From Verrucomicrobiota bacterium (GTDB taxonomy: Bacteria; Verrucomicrobiota; Verrucomicrobiia; Limisphaerales; UBA11358): a stretch of 64,000 nt of DNA. Of this stretch, positions 36,010 to 45,500 are shown in pieces. The translations under genes and the position numbers were made by a program. The notes under the pieces were generated by a model. The model ran no database searches. It saw only the letters and a program-made list of their open reading frames with translations, and was not told where the DNA came from. The stretch's first letter is position 1; the number at the start of each line of letters is the position of its first letter. Location: the NCBI GenBank assembly GCA_049522015.1, contig JBEKOG010000018.1:17864-81863 (forward strand), given 5' to 3'.

Positions 36010-36424
36010 GTTATTTGGATTGTTGTTGGCTTGGCCGCGAATAATGGACTAATTTCGCCGCCTCGCAATATTTCATGTGGATTTCACGCAAATATTTTTT
36101 CAGCCCGAATGATATGTTTTTCTCCCGGGTTGTGCAGTAGCCAGTTTAGGGGACGGCACAGGTAAAGCCGGGTTTCAAAAAATTTGCCGTTTTGAAAACG
36201 TGGTGGGCGGTATTCTGCCGACCGCTGGTGGGTTTATGAGATGTCCGCAAAACAAAATCAACGGTGCCTGTTCCACCAGGTTTGCGGGCGGCCGACTCAC
36301 CGGTTGGTCTTTTTCAGGCAGGTGGGGGAGCGGCTGGGGTGGGGCAAAAACTGAAAACTTTTGCGCGAAGCGCTTGACCTGCCAGTATCGCTTGGCAGAA
36401 TCGTCGGACAAATCTTTTTTGCTT

Positions 36425-37459
36425 ATGTCACGACCTGTAACACTCTTCACCGGCCAATGGGCCGACCTTTCACTCACCGAACTCCTGCCGCTCGTCAAAA
36501 AAATGGGCTACGACGGCGTGGAACTCGCCTGCTGGGGCGACCATTTTGAAGTGGACCGCGCCCTCGCCGAACCGGATTACGTAAAAAAGAAATGGGCGCT
36601 GCTCGCCAAGCACGGACTCACCTGCCACGCGATTTCCACGCACCTCGTCGGGCAGGCCGTGTGCGATTTGATTGACGAGCGGCACAAGGCCATTCTCCCG
36701 ACCGACGTTTGGGGCGATGGCCAACCCGAAGGCGTCCGCCAGCGCGCCGCGGAAAAAGTGAAAGCCACCGCCCGCGCCGCGCGAAAATTTTTCAACGCCA
36801 GGCGTGGTGGCGACACTTCGTCGCCCGCCGTCGTCAATGGTTTCACCGGCTCCAGCATCTGGCACGCGTTTTACGCGTTTCCGCCGACGAGCCAGGAATT
36901 CCTGAACCAGGGTTTCGCCGACTTCGCCAAACGCTGGCTGCCGATTCTCGATGTGTTTAAAAAGGAAAACGTCAACTTCGCGCTCGAAGTGCATCCGACG
37001 GAAATCGCCTTCGACATCGCCTCCGCCCGGCGCGCGCTTGAAGCCGTGAAGCGTCATCCGCGTTTCGGTTTCAATTACGACCCGTCGCACCTCGGTTATC
37101 AGGGCGTGGATTATGTAAAATTCATCCGCGAATTCGGCGACCGCATTTTCCACGCGCACCTGAAGGACGTTTGGTGGGGACACGGCGACGGCTCGGTGGG
37201 CGTGTTTGGCGGACACACGGATTTCACCGACGCGCGACGCTTCTGGGATTTCCGCTCGCTCGGCCACGGCGACATCAACTTCGAGGAAATCATCGTGGCG
37301 CTGAACGACGTCGGCTATCGCGGTCCGCTCTCGGTCGAGTGGGAAGACGGCCGCATGGACCGCGTCCACGGCGCGACCGAGAGCTGCGCCTTCGTCCGCA
37401 AACTGGATTTCACCCCGAACCAGGCGGCTTTTGACGCGGCATTTTCCAGGAAGGAATAG
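36425..37459 (+). CDS. sugar phosphate isomerase/epimerase (xylose-isomerase-like TIM barrel)
   Basis: Inside ORF 36200..37459; ATG at 36425 gives [41 protein letters not shown].... Also FALEVHP, FHAHLKD, SVEWED. Confidence 0.75.
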   Translation: MSRPVTLFTGQWADLSLTELLPLVKKMGYDGVELACWGDHFEVDRALAEPDYVKKKWALLAKHGLTCHAISTHLVGQAVCDLIDERHKAILPTDVWGDGQPEGVRQRAAEKVKATARAARKFFNARRGGDTSSPAVVNGFTGSSIWHAFYAFPPTSQEFLNQGFADFAKRWLPILDVFKKENVNFALEVHPTEIAFDIASARRALEAVKRHPRFGFNYDPSHLGYQGVDYVKFIREFGDRIFHAHLKDVWWGHGDGSVGVFGGHTDFTDARRFWDFRSLGHGDINFEEIIVALNDVGYRGPLSVEWEDGRMDRVHGATESCAFVRKLDFTPNQAAFDAAFSRKE

Positions 37460-37489
37460 CCATCAACATTACAGCCCGGAAAAATCTTT

Positions 37490-38680
37490 ATGCCAAACAG
37501 ACCTCTCAATGTTGGATTAGTGGGCGGCGGCAAAGGCGCCTTCATCGTCCATCCGCACCAAAAGGCCATTCACTTTGACGGCACCCGCCGCGTGGTCGCC
37601 GGCGCGCTGTTTCCCGATCCAAAAATCGCGCTGGAAGAAGCGGCCCGATGGCCTTATCCGATCAAGGGCTACGGCTCTTATGACGAGATGATCGCGGCGA
37701 ACCAGACTTTGCCCGAAGATCAGAAGCTGGATTACATCCTCATCGTCACGCCGAACTTCGTCCATTTCGACCCGGCGATGAAGGCGATGAAGGCCGGCAT
37801 CGCGGTGTTCTGCGAGAAGCCGCTCTGCCTGAATCTCAAGGAGGCGAACGAACTCGTGAAGACCGCGCGCAAGCTGAATGTCCCCTTCGGCGTGGCGCAT
37901 ACTTATCTCGGCCACTGGACGAGCCGCTTCAGCCGTTACATCGTCCAGAGCGGCCTGCTCGGCGACGTGCGCTGGGTGGACAGTTATTACCTCCAGGGCT
38001 GGCTCGCGACCAAGCTCGAAGCTACCGGCCAGCAGCAGGCGTCCTGGCGCGTGGACCCCAAGCGCGCTGGCAGTTCCGGCTGCGGCGGCGACATCGGCAC
38101 GCACGCGCTCATGCAACTGCGTTACGTCACCGGTCTGAATGTCACGGACGTTTCCGCGCAGATGGAAACCTTCGTCGAAGGCCGGCAGCTCGACGATCAT
38201 TTCACGATCTATTGCAAATTGAGCAACGGCGGCAAGGCGCTCGTGCGCGCGTCACAAATCTGCATCGGCCACAAGAACGATCTCGGCATCGTCGTCGCGG
38301 GCAGCAAAGGCACGCTCCGCTGGCGTCAGGAAGAGCCGGAAAGCATCACCATCTGCCTGCCGAACCAGCCCGACCGCGTTTATTGGCGCGGCGCGGTCAC
38401 GGGCGGCGACGGTTTCCTGCCGAAGGATTTACCTGCCGACCTGATGGCCGAGCCGACAATTCCGTCCGGCCACCCGGAAGCGTTTCACGACGCTTTTGCG
38501 CGGCTGCATCGCTGTTTCGAAGCCGATGTGCGCAAGTGGAAAGCCGGCGGGAAGTTCAATTGCGACGGCAGCAAATACGCCAACGTCCAGGACGGCTGGA
38601 CCGGCATTGCGTTTATTGAAACCGCCGTGAAGTCCGCCGCATCCAAAGGTAAGTGGACGAAGTTCCCCAAAATCAAATAA
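37490..38680 (+). CDS. Gfo/Idh/MocA-family oxidoreductase (cytoplasmic type)
   Basis: 396 aa with [14 protein letters not shown] at the N-terminus and FCEKPL. Confidence 0.8.
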   Translation: MPNRPLNVGLVGGGKGAFIVHPHQKAIHFDGTRRVVAGALFPDPKIALEEAARWPYPIKGYGSYDEMIAANQTLPEDQKLDYILIVTPNFVHFDPAMKAMKAGIAVFCEKPLCLNLKEANELVKTARKLNVPFGVAHTYLGHWTSRFSRYIVQSGLLGDVRWVDSYYLQGWLATKLEATGQQQASWRVDPKRAGSSGCGGDIGTHALMQLRYVTGLNVTDVSAQMETFVEGRQLDDHFTIYCKLSNGGKALVRASQICIGHKNDLGIVVAGSKGTLRWRQEEPESITICLPNQPDRVYWRGAVTGGDGFLPKDLPADLMAEPTIPSGHPEAFHDAFARLHRCFEADVRKWKAGGKFNCDGSKYANVQDGWTGIAFIETAVKSAASKGKWTKFPKIK

Positions 38681-38681
38681 A

Positions 38682-39515
38682 ATGAAAACTGGAATCCTTG
38701 TTCTCGCCCTCGTGGCCGTGGCCGCGAACGTGGCCCTGGCGCAAGCCGAGCCGAAACCGAAGATCACCGAAATCGTCATTGACGGCGTCGCGGGCTTTCA
38801 CGATACGCCGATGCAGCCGGACGGCAAATGGCATGTCCACGACCCGGCGCGGCCGCAGCCGCCCATCGTCACGCCCGGCACGTTCAGCGCGCAGGCCACG
38901 CCGCCCAGCGACGCGATTGTGTTGTTCGACGGCAAAAGCCTTTCAAACTGGCGCGACAAGAAGACCGGCGGCCCCGCGCCGTGGACGGTTGAGGACGGCG
39001 ACATGGTGGCCGCGAAGGGCGACATCCAGACGACGAATGAAATGGGCGACATGCAGTTGCATGTTGAATTTTGCGAGCCGGACCCGGGACAGCACGCCGG
39101 CCAGGACCGCGGCAACAGCGGCGTTTTCCTGATGGGCCGGTATGAGATTCAGGTGCTGGATTGTTACCATAACAAAACCTACGCGGACGGCGCGACGGCG
39201 GGGATTTACGGCCAGCATCCGCCGCTGGCGAACGCCTGCCGCCCGCCGGGCGAATGGCAGACCTACGACATCATTTTCAATGTGCCGCATTTCAATGATC
39301 AAGGCGAAGTGATCACGCCGGGTTATGTGACGGTGATCCACAACGGCGTCGTAGCGCAGAATCACCAGGCCATCCGCGGCGACACCAACTGGCGCGTGCC
39401 CGGCACATACACGGCGCACGGCCCGACCGGCCCGCTGGCCTTGCAGTTCCACAACCATCCCGTCCGCTTCCGCAATATCTGGGTGCGCCCGATTGCGGTG
39501 GTCAACGAGCCTTGA
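38682..39515 (+). CDS. DUF1080 (3-keto-disaccharide hydrolase-like) domain protein, secreted
   Basis: 277 aa with a signal peptide. Also WTVEDGDMVA..., GNSGVFLMGRYEIQVLD, LALQFHNHPVRFRNIWVRPI. Confidence 0.75.
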   Translation: MKTGILVLALVAVAANVALAQAEPKPKITEIVIDGVAGFHDTPMQPDGKWHVHDPARPQPPIVTPGTFSAQATPPSDAIVLFDGKSLSNWRDKKTGGPAPWTVEDGDMVAAKGDIQTTNEMGDMQLHVEFCEPDPGQHAGQDRGNSGVFLMGRYEIQVLDCYHNKTYADGATAGIYGQHPPLANACRPPGEWQTYDIIFNVPHFNDQGEVITPGYVTVIHNGVVAQNHQAIRGDTNWRVPGTYTAHGPTGPLALQFHNHPVRFRNIWVRPIAVVNEP

Positions 39516-39548
39516 GTTCAAGGCAAAATCAAACATTCAAAAACCGAT

Positions 39549-40409
39549 ATGAAAATATTCTCCATCCTTCTGGTTGCGGCGCTGGCGGCCACCACAGTGC
39601 AGGCCGCGCCCAAAAAACTTCTTGTGGTCACGACAACCACAGGCTACCGGCACACTTCGATTCCGAATCTGGAAAAGGTCCTGGCCCAGCTCGGCAAGGA
39701 CAGTGGCGACTTCACGGTGGACTTGGTGCAGCAGCCGCCGGGCAAACCGGCGAACCTGCAACCGGGCGCCTCGGATGAACAGAAGGCGGCATTCACTGCG
39801 GCCGAGGATAAGTGGGAAGCGGCATTGAAGGCGGAATTGCAAAAGCTGTCACCGGTGTCGCTCAAGAATTACGACGGCGTGGTCTTTGCCAGCACCACCG
39901 GGGATTTGCCGATTCCCGATCCGCAGGGATTGCTCGATTGGATCAAGGCGGGGCATGCGTTCATCGGCATTCACGCGGCGAGCGACACGTTTCATCGCTG
40001 GCCCGGCTATATTGACATGCTCGGCGGCGAATTCAAACATCACGGCCCGCAAGTCGGTGTCGAGTGCTTGAACGAAGACCCGCAGCATCCCGCTAATGCC
40101 GCACTCGGCAAGAGCTGGATGATTTCGCAGGAGGAGATTTACCAGTTTCAAAACTATGACGCGACGAAACTTCATGACCTGCTGATTCTCGACAAGCATC
40201 CGGAAAACAATTCGCCCGGACATTTTCCGGTTTCGTGGTGCAAAACATACGGTGCGGGCCGGGTCTTTTACACCTCGCTCGGCCATCGCGAGGATATCAT
40301 TGACGCCGACCCGAACTTGAAGGACCGCAAGAACGCGCCCGAAATCAGCAAGACCTATCAGGCGCACGTCCTCGGCGGCATCGAATGGGCGCTGGGGTTG
40401 AAAAAATAA
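39549..40409 (+). CDS. ThuA-domain protein, secreted
   Basis: 286 aa with a signal peptide. Also LLVVTTTTGYRHTSIP, FIGIHAASDTF, YTSLGH. Confidence 0.75.
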   Translation: MKIFSILLVAALAATTVQAAPKKLLVVTTTTGYRHTSIPNLEKVLAQLGKDSGDFTVDLVQQPPGKPANLQPGASDEQKAAFTAAEDKWEAALKAELQKLSPVSLKNYDGVVFASTTGDLPIPDPQGLLDWIKAGHAFIGIHAASDTFHRWPGYIDMLGGEFKHHGPQVGVECLNEDPQHPANAALGKSWMISQEEIYQFQNYDATKLHDLLILDKHPENNSPGHFPVSWCKTYGAGRVFYTSLGHREDIIDADPNLKDRKNAPEISKTYQAHVLGGIEWALGLKK

Positions 40410-40563
40410 CGACGTGAGGCCCCGAGTGGCTGACAGAATTCGAGGTGAACCCGGGCGGGTCAGTAAGTTGGATAAACCGCCCTTGAGCCTGCACCGAATG
40501 GCCGGTTTGATTTCGTTTGACTTGCCAATGAGCCGAACGCGGGGTTTAATGCGCGACCGCGCT

Positions 40564-40639
<76 letters not shown>

Positions 40640-40684
40640 TCTCCGATGCTTGGGCATCAATGAGTTGTGAGGAACCAAGTTGCA

Positions 40685-40706
40685 ACTGCCAGCAAAACTG
40701 CCAGCA
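40685..40706 (+). repeat. two tandem copies of the ACTGCCAGCAAA-type motif just inside attL
   Basis: aACTGCCAGCAAAACTGCCAGCAg read at 40685-40706. The same 12-mer recurs three times near attR (55311-55345), on the same strand. Confidence 0.7.
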
Positions 40707-40858
40707 GACGGCGGACTTGGTGAAGCTCGGGAACGACTCGCCAAAACCCGCTGAAACTCCGGCAGAACCTGCTGACGGGCACTTGGCCGCGCCGGATTGT
40801 GTAGGACTTACACAACGCGGACGCATCGCAGAATTACGCTGCTTCATGGAAAAAACAT

Positions 40859-41926
40859 ATGAAGCAACGATTCCGTCTTTATCGGCGCCACGGCATCTAT
40901 TACACACACGATGACCAAACCGGCAAACAGGCCAGTCTTGGAACCCGCGACCGTGGTGAAGCCTTCGAATTATTCAGCGCCAAAACCCAGGCACATCGGC
41001 AAGCGCATTTGAACCTTCGGCTCGCACGAACCTACCTGACGGCGACCGATCCGCTGATTGACAAGCGCAACTGGCAGACGGCAATGGAGGAACTGGCAAA
41101 ATCGAAACGCGGCACTTGGGGCGAGCGCTGGCAGCGTGCCATCAAAGACAAGTCATTTGATTGTCTTCGTGACATGACGATCCTTGAAACGCAGGGTGAA
41201 CACTTCCTGAAGGTGCTTCAGATCGGCACGGTTTCCACCAATGTGTATTTGCGCCGCATCCACAACTTTGCCTTGGACATGGGCTGGCTGCCCTGTCCAA
41301 TCCTTCCCAAACGTCAATGGCCGGCCGTGCGTTACAAGGAAAAACGGGCCATCACACGCGAAGAACACCTGGCCATATTGCAGAGGGAAAGGAATGACGA
41401 ACGGCGGGCCTTTTACGAAATGTGCTGGCATTTGGGCGGTTCACAAAGTGACATCGCCGCTTTGAAAGTTGAGGATGTTGATTGGGACGATCAGGTCATC
41501 AGCTTCTTTCGGAAAAAGACCAAGTCGGTTCAAATCATCCATTTTGGCGACGAGGTTGCGGCAATTTTGAACCGGCTGCCCGACCGGGGGCCGTTGTTTC
41601 CAAATTTCGGGCTGCTGGATGAAAAACATCGGGCAAGTTGGTTCCAAATGATTTGCCGCCGGACGGGGATTATAGGTGTATCCCTTCACTCCTACCGTTA
41701 TGCGTGGGCGGAACGCGCCAAGACCTGCGGCTATCCCGAACGCTTTGCCCAGGAAGCGCTGGGACACAACAGCAAGGCCATTCACCGTGCCTACGCCCGC
41801 AAGGCCAAGGTGAAGCTGCCGTCGCTTGAGGCTTACGAGAAGCGGGCGAGTGAAACTGAAATCATCCCCGTCCCGTTCCAGCGGGGAGTGGCGGTGGATC
41901 AAGCGGCTTTGGCGCTATACGCCTGA
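40859..41926 (+). CDS. tyrosine-type site-specific recombinase (integrase)
   Basis: 355 aa. The C-terminal catalytic region has HSYRYAWAERA (HxxR) and ALGHNSKAIHRAYAR (nucleophile Tyr). Sits next to the tRNA att site. Confidence 0.8.
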   Translation: MKQRFRLYRRHGIYYTHDDQTGKQASLGTRDRGEAFELFSAKTQAHRQAHLNLRLARTYLTATDPLIDKRNWQTAMEELAKSKRGTWGERWQRAIKDKSFDCLRDMTILETQGEHFLKVLQIGTVSTNVYLRRIHNFALDMGWLPCPILPKRQWPAVRYKEKRAITREEHLAILQRERNDERRAFYEMCWHLGGSQSDIAALKVEDVDWDDQVISFFRKKTKSVQIIHFGDEVAAILNRLPDRGPLFPNFGLLDEKHRASWFQMICRRTGIIGVSLHSYRYAWAERAKTCGYPERFAQEALGHNSKAIHRAYARKAKVKLPSLEAYEKRASETEIIPVPFQRGVAVDQAALALYA

Positions 41927-42238
41927 TGCGCGGGAGGGGTTGGACTGGCGTGGCTGGCCAGTCCGCCTTCGGGCGTTCTTGCGCCGCCAATGGGCACTGA
42001 TCGCGTCGGTGGCTTTCGCGAACCATTTTGCATCGCTGCGCAATGCGGTCAGGGTTGCCGTAAGAAAGAACTTCGGCGTGTTGGCGGGTGGATGACCGAG
42101 CGGACAGAGCAGGCCAGCGCCAACCAGGATCGGAATCTGATGGGGCTTGAAACCGAGATACCACGCCGTTTCAGCGGCCTGCAAGCGGGCCGGAAGGAGC
42201 GGCGCATTGAGAAATGAGTCCCGGTCGTCGTTTTTCAT
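41915..42238 (-). CDS. excisionase-like / HTH DNA-binding protein
   Basis: Inside ORF 41915..42256; ATG at 42238. LLPARLQAAETAWYLGFKPHQIPILVGAGLLCPLG resembles small HTH proteins found beside integrases. Function inferred from context. Confidence 0.5.
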   Translation of the reverse strand: MKNDDRDSFLNAPLLPARLQAAETAWYLGFKPHQIPILVGAGLLCPLGHPPANTPKFFLTATLTALRSDAKWFAKATDAISAHWRRKNARRRTGQPRQSNPSRASGV

Positions 42239-42278
42239 GGTGTCTGTTCTTAACAAGGGTGGATTGTTGGCTCTGTAA

Positions 42279-42536
42279 TTATCGCTGCCGGTTGGTAGGA
42301 CGCGTCCCGTGACAATTCATGGGAAACAAGTCGAGAATGGACACGCGCAGCACGGTGGCCAGACCTACGACTCCGGTGTCGGGAACCGAGATTTTACGGG
42401 TTTCCCAACGCGCGATCATGTCCCGCGTGACCCGGTAACCGGCTGTCTGGAGTTTTCGGGTCAAATCCACCTGGGTCCATCCGCGCTCACGTCGCAGGAG
42501 CCGGATTCGTTCTCCGATGATGTTGGTTCGTCTCAT
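42279..42536 (-). CDS. XRE-family HTH regulator (paralog 1)
   Basis: 85 aa, MRRTNIIGERIRLLRRERGWTQVDLTRKL.... The start overlaps the stop of the giant ORF. About 40 percent identical by eye to the ORF at 47726..48025. Confidence 0.7.
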   Translation of the reverse strand: MRRTNIIGERIRLLRRERGWTQVDLTRKLQTAGYRVTRDMIARWETRKISVPDTGVVGLATVLRVSILDLFPMNCHGTRPTNRQR

Positions 42537-45500
42537 ACTCGAATTCCTGTTTTGGGTTTAACGGTTTGGTGGCGGGTCTCGTCCGGTTGCTCATTCACGG
42601 CATTGGTTTCAGCGTTTTCAGACGCTTCAAGCTGGCTGGAAGCCTGATTTTTGGTGAGGTCCAACTTCTCCTCGATGTCCGACTGGCGTTTGGAAAGCTC
42701 GTGGTAACGCTGCTCGTGCTCGAAAGGCGCGCCGACCTTGGCTTCCAATTCGGTTGCCCGCTTTTGCGAGTCACGAATGTCGGAGTCCAACCGCGTGGCA
42801 CGTTCCTCAAACCCCTGTGCCATCATTTCCAGTGAACGGACGGTGCCCAGCGCCGTGTCGGTGATGCGCGTGCTGTAACTGTTTTTACCGCGCAAAACGA
42901 GTTCGGCGGTGTTGTTGAAACCGGAACGAATGAACAGGTCGAAACCGGCAAACCGCCCGACACGAACGTCCTCGCCGAAACGGAATTTCAACTTCTGCGC
43001 CTGGCGCACGATCAATTCACCGGCGATGCCGCGATGGTCGAGGGTCTGGCCGTCCAGTTCGATGCGGAATCTGTCACCGGAGGTGTCCTCCCGCACCGTC
43101 AAATCCTGCCGCAGATGGGCCAGCCGTTCGGTATAAGTTTCCGATTCCTCCCGCGCATGGCGCAGATTGGCACGGATGCGGTATTGTTCCTCGGCATGGG
43201 CAGAGCGCAGCCGGGTGAGCCGCATCAACCCAGCATCCACCTGTGCTTTTTCGATCACGAGCGGATTACCGGAAGCGATGGCCTTGACTTCGGCGTAGGT
43301 CAGGGCCGCCGAGTCGAGGTCTTCCACACGCCGAACGGTCATATCGCCGGTCATCACCTGGGCGATGAACTTGGCCTTGGTCTCCAACGTCTGCCACATA
43401 TAGGCGTCAAATGAGCCTTCGGTGACGTAGCGATAAACCTGCACGCTGGAATTCCGGTTCCCCTGCCGCAAGATACGCCCTTCGCGCTGTTCCACGTCGG
43501 CAGGCCGCCAGGGAGCGTCAAGGTGATGCAAGGCGATCAACCGCTCCTGAACATTGGTGCCTGAACCCATTTTCTGCGTGCTGCCGAAAAGGATGCGAAC
43601 CTTGCCGGCGCGAACGTCGCGGAACAAAGACAGCTTCCCCGCGTCCGAATCGTAATCCTGAATGAAGGCAATCTCCCCGCCGGGCACACCGAGACGTTCC
43701 AACTTCTGCGCCATGTCGCGGTAAACGGAAAAACCACGATCCCGGGGAGTGGAAAGGTCGCAAAAGACAAGCTGGCTCAGGCGATCATCTTTCGATGACT
43801 CCCAAATCCGATGAATGTTTTCGACGGCAATGTTGACCTTGCTTTGGGGATTGTCCGGCACGGACGGCAACATCAACCGAAGGTCGAGTGCGGCCTTCCG
43901 TCCCTCGGTCGTGATTTTGAGCATGTTATCTTCATGGGGATGGACTTGTCGCATTCGGATGCGGTCTGCGCGCTCAACCAGTTGCTGCACAAACTTTTTG
44001 AGTTCTGGTGTGGCGGGCGCACTGCGAATGGCCGGCTTGTCACCCTCCAGTTTCGGGCGCGGCAAATTGAGCATCTGGGCGGTCTGCACGTCCGCCGTCT
44101 GCCGGAACAACTGCATCAACTCCGGGACATTGATGAAACGGGCGAAGCGCGTGTTGAGCCGGTAGCCCGCGCCATCGGGCGCAAGTTCCATTGCGGTCAC
44201 CGGCTCGCCGAAGGTGGCCGCCCACGAATCGAAATGATTCAGGTTGTGTTTCTTCAAATCGTCCGGCTGAAGATACCGCTGCATGGTGAACATCTCGGCC
44301 ATGCTATTGGCGATGGGCGTGCCGGTGGCAAAAACAACACCACCACCGCCATTGATGGACTGGATATGACGCACCTTGAGGAACATATCGAATGCCCGTT
44401 CGCTGGCCGTCTGCGGCAGACCGGCGATGCGCGTCATTTTCGAGACGTAGAACAGGTTTTTGAAATAATGCGCCTCGTCCACAAAAAGACGGTCCACACC
44501 AAGTTCCTCAAAAGTCAGCGTGTTGTCTTTTTTGTGGTCGGCAGCCAATGCCTGCAACCGCGCTTCGAGCCGTTTCTTCGCTTTCTCAAGGTCTTTCACC
44601 AAACGGCGATTGGAACTGTCGGCATGTTCGCGCATCGCTTCTTCCAGTTCATCCAATTGCTCCTTGAAAAACCGAAGCTGGGTTTCCTGGGACAGCGGAA
44701 TGCGCTCAAAGCCAGAATGCGTGACGATCACCGCGTCCCAATTTCCCGTGGCGATGCGGCTGAACAGTTTCCGGCGGTTTTTGGTTTCAAAGTCTTCCTT
44801 GCCGGCGACCAGGATGTTCGCGCCCGGATACAGGATGAGCAACTCGGTCGAGAACTGGCCGAGCATGTGATTGGGCACGGCGAACATGGGTTTGCGCGCC
44901 AGCCCCAGCCGTTTCAACTCCATCGTGGCGGCGACCATCGTGTAGGTCTTGCCCGCGCCGACGACATGGCCAAGCAAGGTGTTGTTCGTCTGTAAAATGC
45001 GCCACACACCCGATTTTTGATGCAAATGCAGTTGAACGGCCGAACTTGCCCCGGGCAACGTCAGGTGCTCGCCGTTAAACGTGCGGAGACGCGAATGATT
45101 GAACGTGTCGTTGTAGAGGCGGCAAAGCCGCTCCCTTCTTGAATCATCCGACCAGATCCATTCCTTGAACCGTTCCTTGATGCGTTCCTGTTTCTCCCTG
45201 GCGGCTTCGGTTGCCTGCGCGTTGACGACGGGTTTCCGGTCCTTGGTGTAATCATAAACAGTCGGGGTCTTGAGATTCAGAGTTTCCTCAATGAGTTCGA
45301 GGCCGGAGTAACGGTTCGTGCCCCAATCCGTGGTATTGGCGGTCGCCCCTTTTGCCTCCCAATCGCCGGTGACATGCCATGAACCGAGCAAGTGGATGTG
45401 ATTCACCTCGACACCGGATGAAATGCCGAGCAGTTCGTGGGTGAACTGCTTCACGTCCTCCGGTGGCAGCCAGGATGCACCCAGGCGCACGTCAATCTCG

